This document shows positions 1 to 8,422 of a stretch of DNA of 61,703 nt, piece after piece (position 1 is the stretch's first letter; each line of letters begins with the position of its first letter). The stretch spans positions 1-61,703 of the IMG/VR virus record IMGVR_UViG_3300028840_003357; one strand, given 5' to 3'. Origin of the DNA: a virus. Lineage: Duplodnaviria > Caudoviricetes. The position numbers and the translations under genes were made by a program. Below the pieces are notes generated by a model. The model was given only the letters and a program-made list of their open reading frames with translations, did no database searches and was not told the DNA's origin.

Positions 1-2
1 GA

Positions 3-965
3 ACATACGTGACGCCAAGTGATAGCACCTGCGGCATCTGTACATCGTGCAACCTGTGCGTGAACGGGTGCGGCCTATTCCAGAATGACGTTTGTGTGAG
101 CGCAAGCGGTTCATTCTACGGTTGCGGCCACGGCCTTCAGTTCAGCGGGGAGTCATCTGGGTGCTACCTGTGCTTTGACGGGGGCAATTGGGTAGCCGGA
201 AGCCCTCCTGCTACCGTGTGGTGTAACAGTAGCGGGGGTGGGTGTATCGAGCCTGTTGACGGCGGTTGCATAGTGTGGGCCGGGAATGGCATGTGCGCTC
301 AGGGCTGTATCGAGGCAACAGCGTGTCTGATCGCCAGTTCAGAGGTCCACGGAGGAGGCATTTGTGCCTCCTCGTATATGTGCGCTCCCATCTACTGCGG
401 GTGTATGCACACCACCAGCCTGTGCCACGAAAGCGAAAGCGATGGATGCGCACTTGTGTACTGTGGTGCCAGCGGTGGCTGGGTGCCGGGCAGTGCAGGC
501 GGTGCGAGCGTTTGGAGCGATGCCGGTGGGTACATCTGCGTGACCGATATGAATTGCACCATGTGTTTCCAGCACAGTTGCTTCTGCGGGTGCATCCTAT
601 CACAGGACAACTGCTTCTGCTATGATTACTCAACGCAGGCCCTGTGCTTGGGTTGTTTGTATGTCGGAGGCTCCCCTGTAGGCGCATCCCTGTGGGTGGA
701 CAATAACGGATATATCTCGCCGCCTACCGGGTGCGGGATCTGCTGGAATAGTTCCGGTTCTCACTGTGTCGGGGACGGAGGTTCGAAGTTCAACCTTGAT
801 TACAACAGTGACTATCTGTGCTTTGATATGGGGTGTATCTGTACCTCGTCGGGCTGGCAGGGATGGTACATCAACGGAGCCACGGCGTCGGGGTTCTGTA
901 ACTTCACCGACCAGGCAGGGTGCCAGTTCTGTTTCTGCAACGGACTGTTCATCGGTGCCTCATAG
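3..965 (+). CDS. Cys-rich tail fibre-like protein (5' partial)
   Basis: Frame is open from the window edge; ~42 Cys in 318 aa; repeated G-A-S-x-W-x-D-x-x-G-Y-I-like units; lies upstream of the putative lysis genes. Confidence 0.55.
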   Translation, partial: TYVTPSDSTCGICTSCNLCVNGCGLFQNDVCVSASGSFYGCGHGLQFSGESSGCYLCFDGGNWVAGSPPATVWCNSSGGGCIEPVDGGCIVWAGNGMCAQGCIEATACLIASSEVHGGGICASSYMCAPIYCGCMHTTSLCHESESDGCALVYCGASGGWVPGSAGGASVWSDAGGYICVTDMNCTMCFQHSCFCGCILSQDNCFCYDYSTQALCLGCLYVGGSPVGASLWVDNNGYISPPTGCGICWNSSGSHCVGDGGSKFNLDYNSDYLCFDMGCICTSSGWQGWYINGATASGFCNFTDQAGCQFCFCNGLFIGAS

Positions 966-986
966 AAGAGAAAAGTGTGACGGATC

Positions 987-1025
987 CCTAACCAGGGGAG
1001 ACCGTCGAAGTCCTAACCAAGGGAG
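987..1025 (+). promoter_or_regulatory. Tandem CCTAACCA hairpin motifs next to the RBS
   Basis: CCTAACCA at 987 and 1012, each closable as CC-TAACCA(N)-GG; the motif recurs at 51451/51488 and 55883/55906. Confidence 0.5.
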
Positions 1026-1032
1026 AAGGAAG

Positions 1033-1947
1033 ATGAACGAGAAGGCAGAGAAGAAAGCGGAGAATGTGCTGTTCATAGTGGACGGCGGAATCGGGAAGAA
1101 CATAATGTCGACGGTGCCGATAAGAGGAATCAAGCAGAAGTATCCTGACAAGAAGCTGCTTGTCGTCTGCGGATATCCAGACGTGTTTGCGAACAATCCG
1201 AAAGTTCACCGGGCGTATTCTTTCGCCAACACCTCATTCCTGTACGACGATTTCATCGCCGGCGGGAAGGCAATCGTTCTGAAGACGGAGCCGTATCATC
1301 ACAACGACTACATCAACGGAAGCAGACATCTGGTCGACGTCTGGTGCGAACAGCTTGGAGTGCCATTCGAATCGCCGAAGCCGGAACTGTATTTCACCTC
1401 GAAGGAGAAGAGAGAGGCAAAGCGTTTCGCGGAAAGCAAGAGAAAGCCTCTGTTCTTCGTTCAGTTCGAGGGCGGTGCTCCGCCACAGCCGAACAAGATG
1501 GTTCCGAAGATGTTCGTGAGAAGCCTTCGCAGGGAGACGGCTCAGGAAGTGGTGAACAGGATGAAGAAAAAATATCATCCGATGCTCCTGAAGGCGGCGA
1601 CGCAACAGGATCTCGACGGTGCGGAGAACGTCTCATATCCCATGCGCTTGTCGATGTCTCTATTCGCTGAGGGAGCCAAGTTCCTGCTCATAGACTCGAT
1701 GTTCCAGCACGTTGCCGCGGCGATGGACAAGAAGGCGGTCGTCTGTTGGTGCGCCACTTCGCCAGACAGGCTTGGATACAAGTCACACCAGAACATCAGG
1801 ATGAGCGATTGTCCCACGCCAGAGTGTCACCGGCCGAACAGTTTTCTGTTTGACAGAGACGGGACCCAGCAACCGTGGAGCTGTCCTCACGATGAGAGCT
1901 GTACGGATCACGACGCGAAAATGATATTGGATAAACTGAGAAAGTGA
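1033..1947 (+). CDS. Glycosyltransferase, GT9 (heptosyltransferase)-like GT-B fold
   Basis: N-terminal GGIGKNIMSTVPIRGIKQKYPD and C-terminal IDSMFQHVAAAMDKKAVVCW match GT9 patterns; ATG 1033 follows GGGAGAAGGA. Confidence 0.75.
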   Translation: MNEKAEKKAENVLFIVDGGIGKNIMSTVPIRGIKQKYPDKKLLVVCGYPDVFANNPKVHRAYSFANTSFLYDDFIAGGKAIVLKTEPYHHNDYINGSRHLVDVWCEQLGVPFESPKPELYFTSKEKREAKRFAESKRKPLFFVQFEGGAPPQPNKMVPKMFVRSLRRETAQEVVNRMKKKYHPMLLKAATQQDLDGAENVSYPMRLSMSLFAEGAKFLLIDSMFQHVAAAMDKKAVVCWCATSPDRLGYKSHQNIRMSDCPTPECHRPNSFLFDRDGTQQPWSCPHDESCTDHDAKMILDKLRK

Positions 1948-1958
1948 AAGGGGAAATC

Positions 1959-2351
1959 ATGAAGAGAATGGTCATGACCGCACTGATGTTGATCCTGTCG
2001 GTGTTCTATGTCGGTTGCGGAAACATAGCAAAGAAAACAGATCCGACGAAGATGGCCCTGGCGTACTACGGTCAGGAGAGAGTGTACAAGACGATGGAAG
2101 TCACCGGAGCGAATGAGATCACGTTCAAGGGAACAAACCTGAACTTCACCGTCTCCAATCAGCTGACTCCTCTCTCCATCTATCCCAGGGATCCATCCAC
2201 GTTGGCCACGCTGATCGACGGTGCTGTTCGCCTTGGAACTGTGGCAGGTGCGACCTACGTGGGAGCCACGCTAGCAGACGGTGCCGCGAAAGACCCGACA
2301 GTTGTAGTACAGGAGCCGCTAATAGTGCGGCCTGAAGTGATCACGCCATAA
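1959..2351 (+). CDS. Predicted lipoprotein (possible spanin or lysis accessory)
   Basis: Signal peptide MKRMVMTALMLILSVFYVG-C with a lipobox-like Cys. Confidence 0.6.
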   Translation: MKRMVMTALMLILSVFYVGCGNIAKKTDPTKMALAYYGQERVYKTMEVTGANEITFKGTNLNFTVSNQLTPLSIYPRDPSTLATLIDGAVRLGTVAGATYVGATLADGAAKDPTVVVQEPLIVRPEVITP

Positions 2352-2364
2352 CAAGGGGGAAGAG

Positions 2365-2652
2365 ATGGCTGGAGGAAAAGAAAGAAACGGAAACGGTGTA
2401 GCTCTGAAACTGGTTCTGTGGCTCTTGGCAGTCGCATTGGCGGCAGGTGGAGTGGTGGCGACAGTCAAGATGAGTGCCGGCACTCTGGTGAACCACGAAA
2501 AGAGGATCCAGGAGAACACGACGAGCATCTCTCAGATTCAGAAGCAGCACGCTGAAGAGATGGGAGAAGTGAAAGCGGAGATCGGTCGTGTGTCGATCAA
2601 GCAGGAGATGATGCACGACGACATCAAGTACATCAAGGAGAAACTGAAATGA
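2365..2652 (+). CDS. Single-TM coiled-coil membrane protein (holin/XhlA-like)
   Basis: N-terminal hydrophobic helix followed by a coiled coil; position in a putative lysis cluster. Confidence 0.5.
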   Translation: MAGGKERNGNGVALKLVLWLLAVALAAGGVVATVKMSAGTLVNHEKRIQENTTSISQIQKQHAEEMGEVKAEIGRVSIKQEMMHDDIKYIKEKLK

Positions 2653-2942
2653 CAAGAGTCATGAAGGACAAAGAGAAGCAGGTGCAAAAGAGAAAGCGGA
2701 TCGACAAGGAAAGAGAATTTGTCATCATCCGCGGCAAGGCACTTGACGTCGCTCTTTGGGAACACGCTGAAGATGATGATGTCAAGAAAGCTCTCGCCGG
2801 AATAGAGAAGGCGAAAGACAAAGTCAGGAACGCAGAAGCTGAGATCCCTGAGCTGAAGAACGCGGTCGCCGAGGCAGAGGCGACTCTCAACGCTCTCCTG
2901 GAGAAGTACATTCCGGAAGGTCTCAGAAAAGTGGAGAAGTAA
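2649..2942 (+). CDS. Hypothetical coiled-coil protein
   Basis: ATGA overlap with the upstream gene; helical composition. Confidence 0.65.
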   Translation: MTRVMKDKEKQVQKRKRIDKEREFVIIRGKALDVALWEHAEDDDVKKALAGIEKAKDKVRNAEAEIPELKNAVAEAEATLNALLEKYIPEGLRKVEK

Positions 2943-2943
2943 A

Positions 2944-3552
2944 ATGAGTCCTCCACTCAGTGCGGCCCAAGAAATGCTTGTCAGATTCAATACCGATGCC
3001 ATTCTGCCTGCCGACATAATCTGTAGACGATCGGAGACCGGTGCGTATGGTCCTCTGATCAGGTCGGTGTTGGGATCGTATACGAATCACAACGCGATGC
3101 TAGTCAAGAAGCATGGACAGTGGAAGATTGGAGAGGCGGTGGCGCCCAGATCGAAGCTGACCTTTCTGGAGGACTACGAAGAGGAGATCGCCAAGGGTGA
3201 GGCGATAGTGAGGATCCTCCGCATCCCCGAAGACAGGATGACGATACAGGAGCGCGAAGCCGTTAACGATCTGTTCCTCGACTGTTGCCTCGGACTGAAG
3301 TATCCCATCAGCGTGGCTCGCCTTTGGGTGTATCGGTTCGTCAACAGACTTCCTTGGAAGATACACGGCGACTGGTGTACCAGGATCGTATGGGAACCTT
3401 GCGAACAGATAGCGCCTGGAATCTTTGATCGTCCGCCTGACGGAAAGAAAAAGAAGAACCCGACGCCGCGCACATTTGAGAACAGGTTGATCGCTGGCGT
3501 GGTGAAGGATGTCACCGACGAAGTTCTCGTACCAGCTGCCCGATTGCGATGA
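2944..3552 (+). CDS. Permuted papain-like NlpC/P60 amidase (YiiX/YebB family)
   Basis: ADII...IR...SYTNHNAM (His first) and WCTRIVW (Cys later): the permuted catalytic order. Confidence 0.7.
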   Translation: MSPPLSAAQEMLVRFNTDAILPADIICRRSETGAYGPLIRSVLGSYTNHNAMLVKKHGQWKIGEAVAPRSKLTFLEDYEEEIAKGEAIVRILRIPEDRMTIQEREAVNDLFLDCCLGLKYPISVARLWVYRFVNRLPWKIHGDWCTRIVWEPCEQIAPGIFDRPPDGKKKKNPTPRTFENRLIAGVVKDVTDEVLVPAARLR

Positions 3553-3697
3553 TCCAGACCAGAGGTCCGGCGAGGAGTATTCCGATGAATCCAGTCCAAG
3601 GATTCTGAAACATCTTCTGATTCGACATGACGAAGAACACGCCTGCGATCGTCCACGCGGATCCAAGGATGAATATGCCTAGTGCTTCCCAGTTCAT
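3512..3697 (-). CDS. Small two-TM membrane protein
   Basis: MNWEALGIFILGSAW...; two hydrophobic stretches; ATGA overlap with the upstream gene. Confidence 0.55.
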   Translation of the reverse strand: MNWEALGIFILGSAWTIAGVFFVMSNQKMFQNPWTGFIGILLAGPLVWIIAIGQLVRELRR

Positions 3698-4290
3698 GTT
3701 GCTGTTATCTCCCCGCTGACTCGTATCTGGATGGTGTTTGTCATCCTGATCATTTCTCTCTCCATGCTGACGATGAATCCTTTGAACCTCCATTGAGAGT
3801 CGTCGCTGGGGAAAGTCACCTTCATGTCAAAGACCTGTCCCATGCTGTCTGTGCTCAGGCTTCCGATCTTCGCCTTTGACATGCCGAACTCATTCAGGAC
3901 GACTGAGATGGTTGTCTCGCTGAAGGCCATCGTCTTCATCATCCCTCCATCCATCATCGTGTCAACCGGTCCAGACCTGTCAACTGAGATGTCCTCTATC
4001 TCGGCTTCGAAGTCTCCGATAGAGAGCGTTGCGAGAAGAGCCTTGAACGATCTTCCGTCCTGCTGAATCTTTGGGGCGGTGCTCGGAGCGTATCCGCCTG
4101 CGCCGAAGCTGACCGTCGTCCCCTTTCCGACGACTGGTTTCTTCGAACTTCTCTTTTTCTTTGCCTTCGCTTCTGGAACTGGAGCGTGATGTTCGACCTT
4201 CTCTCCTGGCAGTTCGACGTGACGCTTGTTCACCTCCTGTCCCTTGATCTTGTTGATCAGCTCTCCTATCTCAATCGATCTCTTTTTCAT
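3694..4290 (-). CDS. Tail-tube protein paralog with basic N-terminal extension
   Basis: GKGTTVSFG...VTFPSDDSQWRFKGFIV...RMTNTIQIRVSGEIT aligns by eye with the tail tube at 55477 (GTGTTVSFG...ITFPDSGSTTWGFDAIV...RMTATLTFKVTGAIT). Confidence 0.65.
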   Translation of the reverse strand: MKKRSIEIGELINKIKGQEVNKRHVELPGEKVEHHAPVPEAKAKKKRSSKKPVVGKGTTVSFGAGGYAPSTAPKIQQDGRSFKALLATLSIGDFEAEIEDISVDRSGPVDTMMDGGMMKTMAFSETTISVVLNEFGMSKAKIGSLSTDSMGQVFDMKVTFPSDDSQWRFKGFIVSMEREMIRMTNTIQIRVSGEITAT

Positions 4291-4897
4291 ATGACACCTT
4301 TGTCATTCTTTTCCTCTGGATCGCTTCGAACACTCTATCTGCGCTCTCTTCGAGGTTCTGTTCGTGCGTAACGATGATGAACTGTATTCCGAGACGATCT
4401 GATATCTCCTTCAGCATTCTCGAGGCCTTCTCCTGAAGTCCTCTGCTCAGGAATCTGAAAGGTTCGTCAAGGACGATGCAGGGACGAGACCTCTTTCCGC
4501 GAAGGCTCCAGAGGGAGACGCGGAGACCAAACGCCGCCACGTCCACCGCGCCCCCTCCGGAAGCGGACAGCGGATCGATCTTGTCGCCTTTCTTCTTGCT
4601 GAAGGTCAGGTCCGCCTCGCTCTTGTTCCTGCGAAGTTCGAAGTCGAGATTCAGTCTGTATGGATCAGGAAAGACTGCCTCCAGGGCCAAGGACACGAGT
4701 TCGGATATGTGATACTCCAGCTCCTTCTGAGTCGCCTGCGCGGTCGTCTGGATGATGTCCTGTGCCTCTTTGAGATCCTCCGCCTCTGTCTCCAGTTTTG
4801 CTATCGCCTTCTCAACTCTTGCGACGACGGCTTCCACCTGTTCGCGGCGACCCTTCCTCCGCTCGTATTCCTGCCTCAACTCTTTGACTTCGTTCAT
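4271..4897 (-). CDS. Rad50/SbcC-like ATPase, C-terminal half
   Basis: Coiled coil, signature-like SASGGG, Walker B VLDEPF, H-loop IIVTH. Confidence 0.85.
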   Translation of the reverse strand: MNEVKELRQEYERRKGRREQVEAVVARVEKAIAKLETEAEDLKEAQDIIQTTAQATQKELEYHISELVSLALEAVFPDPYRLNLDFELRRNKSEADLTFSKKKGDKIDPLSASGGGAVDVAAFGLRVSLWSLRGKRSRPCIVLDEPFRFLSRGLQEKASRMLKEISDRLGIQFIIVTHEQNLEESADRVFEAIQRKRMTKVSYEKEID

Positions 4898-5217
4898 ACC
4901 CATCTTCCCCAGACGTGCCAGACCAGCGTCTTGACCCTGGGCGGAGGCAACCTTCCGTCTGGTCCCGCAATCCTGCTCTGTGCGAGGAACTTTTGAATGG
5001 TCGTGCCGAGGAAGTCGAAGCCTTCGAGATCGTCTGGAAGGAGATGACCTGTCCCTGCTATGTGAACTTCGTAGCACTTTTTCGTTGCGACCGGATCCAC
5101 CATCGCCCAGACGCAGATCGTCTCGACCTGATCTCCTATGTGCAGGATCGTCGCACCTTCCGGCAGCTCTATGACCTGCCTGTCCTGTGTCAACAGAGGA
5201 TACTTGAACACCTTCAC
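4894..5217 (-). CDS. Conserved phage hypothetical protein
   Basis: KYPL...ELPEGATIL...WAMVDP...GTGH pattern typical of a common small phage protein family. Confidence 0.7.
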   Translation of the reverse strand: MKVFKYPLLTQDRQVIELPEGATILHIGDQVETICVWAMVDPVATKKCYEVHIAGTGHLLPDDLEGFDFLGTTIQKFLAQSRIAGPDGRLPPPRVKTLVWHVWGRWV

Positions 5218-5459
5218 AAGTCGAACTCCTTTCTGAATTCCTTCATCTTCGAATCCAGTTCCGAGTCCAGTTCCTCGATCTCCTTCTCCATCTCATCCAC
5301 CTTTTTCTTGGCGGACTTCAGATCGTCGCAACCGAACTCATCCTTGATTTCCTTCATCACCTGCTCGTACGCCCCCTTCGCACGAGCATGATCCTCCTTT
5401 GCCCTCTCGATCTTGTCCCGGATCGCGGCGAGTTCTTCCTCAGTCACTGACGTCGTCAT
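5214..5459 (-). CDS. Small coiled-coil protein in the split SbcCD locus
   Basis: Heptad-rich 81-aa ORF coupled to its neighbours. Confidence 0.7.
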   Translation of the reverse strand: MTTSVTEEELAAIRDKIERAKEDHARAKGAYEQVMKEIKDEFGCDDLKSAKKKVDEMEKEIEELDSELDSKMKEFRKEFDL

Positions 5460-5853
5460 CTGATTTCTTCTCCTGCTTGTCGACGCGCTTGACCACGTAC
5501 ATCGTTCCGTCTGGAGTGTCGAAATCGAACAGACCGAATGGCGAGCCATCTTTTTCTTTCTTCCCGACTTCGTTATAGAAATCTATTGCCTCGTTCGTGA
5601 TCAACAGGCGCCATTCATCCTTGTCCTCGATCTTCTCACCAAGCATCATGACGATGCCTGCGAGTCCCCTGGACAGACTTGAGATCTGTTTCTTCTGATC
5701 GATACCGATCATCATCGCCTCCAGGGCGAGACCGATCGTCCCCATACCTCCGACTTCCATCTTGATCCCCTTCACGGCGCAGTCGTCTTTCTTGTCACAC
5801 TCTTCGCAGTCGACCGGCGGTTCGTTCTTTGTCCTGTCATTAGCACACACCAT
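5440..5853 (-). CDS. Hypothetical protein
   Basis: GGAGG RBS; N-terminal CxxC...C. Confidence 0.6.
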   Translation of the reverse strand: MVCANDRTKNEPPVDCEECDKKDDCAVKGIKMEVGGMGTIGLALEAMMIGIDQKKQISSLSRGLAGIVMMLGEKIEDKDEWRLLITNEAIDFYNEVGKKEKDGSPFGLFDFDTPDGTMYVVKRVDKQEKKSDDDVSD

Positions 5854-5857
5854 TTTT

Positions 5858-6778
5858 TCATCCTCCTGTCACTTCGTCGACGATCCTTCTGACCGCCTTT
5901 CTCGTTCTACTCTTGTCCATAACCTCTCTCAGATTCTTCTTGAAACTGAGGCTGATCTCCACCTTCCCCTTGCCAAGCCTGCTGACGAAGGCGTCTATCC
6001 TGTCGTCCCTCCTTTCCTTCGCTTTCAAGTGGTCTCTGGATACGTCCCCTTTGTTCTGAGGGATGTAGACCGTCTCCACCTGATTCTTCTTGGCGTTCCA
6101 GAGATAGACCCGCGGTCTGTGCTTGATCTGGTCCGCCGAAATCCTCATCAACGATCCTGGATTCACCAGAAGCGTTCCGTCTCTTTCTATCTCGAAAGGT
6201 TCGTGGTTGTCCCCTGTCACTATCAGGTCAAAGTTCTGAAGCCTCTTCATCAACCTGTGTCCCGGATCCGCGGTGCATCCCGGAAACGGAACGGACTTTG
6301 CGAAGGTCATCACATGGGCGACTGCTATCTTCCTCGCGAACTGGTTTCGCTTCCTTCCTGCCGCCCGTAGAGAGCTTCCCCACGGAAATCCATAGAGGCC
6401 CAGCCTAGTGCCAAGGTCGTCGAACATCTTTCCTCGGCCATCAGGAAGGCACTGGACGAAGCCTCCCTGGTGGAGTACCGCCAGAGCGGTCTCGTCGAAC
6501 TTGTCTATGTTGTGATGGCGAAGGTCGTGCTGTCCCGGCACCACGAATATCCTTCCACGCGGAAGGTTGGCCATCACCCATCTCTCGAAATCGTGCGAGA
6601 CCTTCCACTTGTCATAGATGTCGCCAGCGATCACCATCGGTGCGAAGTCGTGTTCGGCTTGGAGTTCGTTCAGGAAGTTGAGCGTCTCTTCCTGAGCCGA
6701 AAAGTAATCTCCCACCCATGCCTCTGGCTGATCTTCTCGAAGATGCCAGTCCGCAGATAATATCAGGTCAGCCTTCAC
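5858..6778 (-). CDS. Mre11/SbcD-like metallophosphoesterase nuclease
   Basis: ADWH, AGDIYD, PGQHD, GDNH and NPGSL motifs. Confidence 0.9.
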   Translation of the reverse strand: MKADLILSADWHLREDQPEAWVGDYFSAQEETLNFLNELQAEHDFAPMVIAGDIYDKWKVSHDFERWVMANLPRGRIFVVPGQHDLRHHNIDKFDETALAVLHQGGFVQCLPDGRGKMFDDLGTRLGLYGFPWGSSLRAAGRKRNQFARKIAVAHVMTFAKSVPFPGCTADPGHRLMKRLQNFDLIVTGDNHEPFEIERDGTLLVNPGSLMRISADQIKHRPRVYLWNAKKNQVETVYIPQNKGDVSRDHLKAKERRDDRIDAFVSRLGKGKVEISLSFKKNLREVMDKSRTRKAVRRIVDEVTGG

Positions 6779-6950
6779 GCTTCTTTTCCTCTTTCTTGAG
6801 TTCTTTCTTGACTGTCTCTTCGTAGTTGAGTCTTGCCAGTTCTCTTCCTGTCACCTCATCAGCCTCTATCACCGAAGCTATGTACTCGAGCCTGTCGTCG
6901 ACGACAGGTTTCTGATGCTTCTTTTTCTTCTCTCTTCGCCTCTTACTCAT
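6768..6950 (-). CDS. Small basic hypothetical protein
   Basis: Fills the gap between coupled genes. Confidence 0.5.
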   Translation of the reverse strand: MSKRRREKKKKHQKPVVDDRLEYIASVIEADEVTGRELARLNYEETVKKELKKEEKKREG

Positions 6951-8019
6951 CGACTATCTCCTGTCCGCAAGTGGGACAAATCCTCGTCAGATTCTTTCTT
7001 GCTTCCTTCAGTTCCGCCTTCGCTTTCTTGATCTCTGCCTCGTGGAATCTCATCAGGTCAAGCTTCTCCTGAGCGACATCCGATATGGCCCGGAGCTCGA
7101 TGCTGTCCATCGTCATCTCCTGCCGTTTTTGCCATAGTCTCTCTACGGCCGTACACGGCCGATGTGCCTCCATTAGGGTCTTCCCCTTCCTCATACGAAA
7201 CGAAGCCGATTCGGCCGTACCAAGGATGTCCATGAGCCGATCCTTTCGGCTTTGCGTTTCTTTCTTGCGGTCGGCAAGCCGGCGGATCCGCTGTAGCCTT
7301 TCTTCGGCCGGAAGGATGACGGCGGCCTTCTCCAAGACTGCCTTCGATGCCTTCGCCTTCGCCATGAGATTCTCCAGTTCGAAGGATCGTTCATCGACCT
7401 TGTCAGCTGCCTTCTCAATCAGCTCTATTGCCTTCAGTTTCTTCTCCATCTTTGGAAGATAGTCGAAGGCGGACAGGTCGTCCTTGTGCTCTTCGAGAGC
7501 CGCCTTCTGGCTTCTGAGGTCTTGCGTGTTCTGTCTGACCTTCGCTATCATCCGCGACAGGGCGAGATCTATGATGTCGAGATCGACAGCTTCGTTGAGC
7601 TTGCTAGCCACTTCGCCCGGCGTGTCTGAAAGAAGGAAGGGAGAGTCGAGTTGTCGTTGCCAGTTGACGGGATCCATAGCGATCGCTTCGGCTATGTCTG
7701 CCGGGACTTCGCTCCTGAATGACTTGAACTGCTCGGTCTGGTTACCGCGCATGATCGAGTACAGGTTGACGCTCTTTCCTCGCTTTTCCCGAAGGATAGT
7801 GACGCCGTCGTCCAGTTCGATCTCGACTCTCGTGTCTCCTCCCCAATCGCTTCTGAAATCGTCGCCCGAAGGTCTGTTGTTGCACACCCAATCGAGGGCG
7901 CGGATGATCGCTGTCTTTCCGCAGTCGCTCTGTCCGACTATCACGTTCAGTCCGTCGACGAACTCAACTTCCGTCAGCTTGTGGCTCTGAAAGTTCTCTA
8001 TCTTGAGACGCCTGATCAT
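6943..8019 (-). CDS. Rad50/SbcC-like ATPase, N-terminal half ending at the zinc hook
   Basis: IENFQSH, Walker A GQSDCGKT, Q-loop QRQ, coiled coil, terminal CPTCGQ. Confidence 0.9.
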   Translation of the reverse strand: MIRRLKIENFQSHKLTEVEFVDGLNVIVGQSDCGKTAIIRALDWVCNNRPSGDDFRSDWGGDTRVEIELDDGVTILREKRGKSVNLYSIMRGNQTEQFKSFRSEVPADIAEAIAMDPVNWQRQLDSPFLLSDTPGEVASKLNEAVDLDIIDLALSRMIAKVRQNTQDLRSQKAALEEHKDDLSAFDYLPKMEKKLKAIELIEKAADKVDERSFELENLMAKAKASKAVLEKAAVILPAEERLQRIRRLADRKKETQSRKDRLMDILGTAESASFRMRKGKTLMEAHRPCTAVERLWQKRQEMTMDSIELRAISDVAQEKLDLMRFHEAEIKKAKAELKEARKNLTRICPTCGQEIVDE

Positions 8020-8422
8020 CTTCTTTGATCCTTTCCATGATACTGGAGAACCGTTTGTACTTTTCCATCCACTTATTCCAGTTGATTATATCTGTTTCGC
8101 CGCGACTCACGCGAAGGAGTTCTGTCATCGCATCCATAGACAGGGACAACGCCATTCTCAGCAGGTCGTTCTTCTTGAGAAGGCACGGACCGCAATCGAA
8201 GTTCACCGTTCTGGATCCGCACGCTTCGCAGTGGCCATAGACGTCGTGCGTCTGTTCTTCCTTCACGTTCATGATGATGCCTTCGACCAGAGGTTGAGCC
8301 TCTATGAACTGATGAAGGTTCGAGAAGAACTCCTGGAATGTCTCGCGGATCGCCGCCGGACTTCCGTATCTGCCTCCGTCTGGAACTTCAAGCGTGAGCT
8401 GGAAACCGGTGTTCACTTTCAT
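7964..8422 (-). CDS. Hypothetical protein with CxxC...CxxC
   Basis: ATG 8422 overlaps the upstream stop; CEAC and CGPC motifs. Confidence 0.55.
   Translation of the reverse strand: MKVNTGFQLTLEVPDGGRYGSPAAIRETFQEFFSNLHQFIEAQPLVEGIIMNVKEEQTHDVYGHCEACGSRTVNFDCGPCLLKKNDLLRMALSLSMDAMTELLRVSRGETDIINWNKWMEKYKRFSSIMERIKEDDQASQDRELSEPQADGS

Noticed and set aside
3-965. Possible reassignment of TGY codons to explain the Cys excess
   Set aside because: Elsewhere TGY encodes Cys at conserved motifs (radical SAM CxxxCxxC, MuF HPQCRC, zinc hook), and standard stops delimit genes
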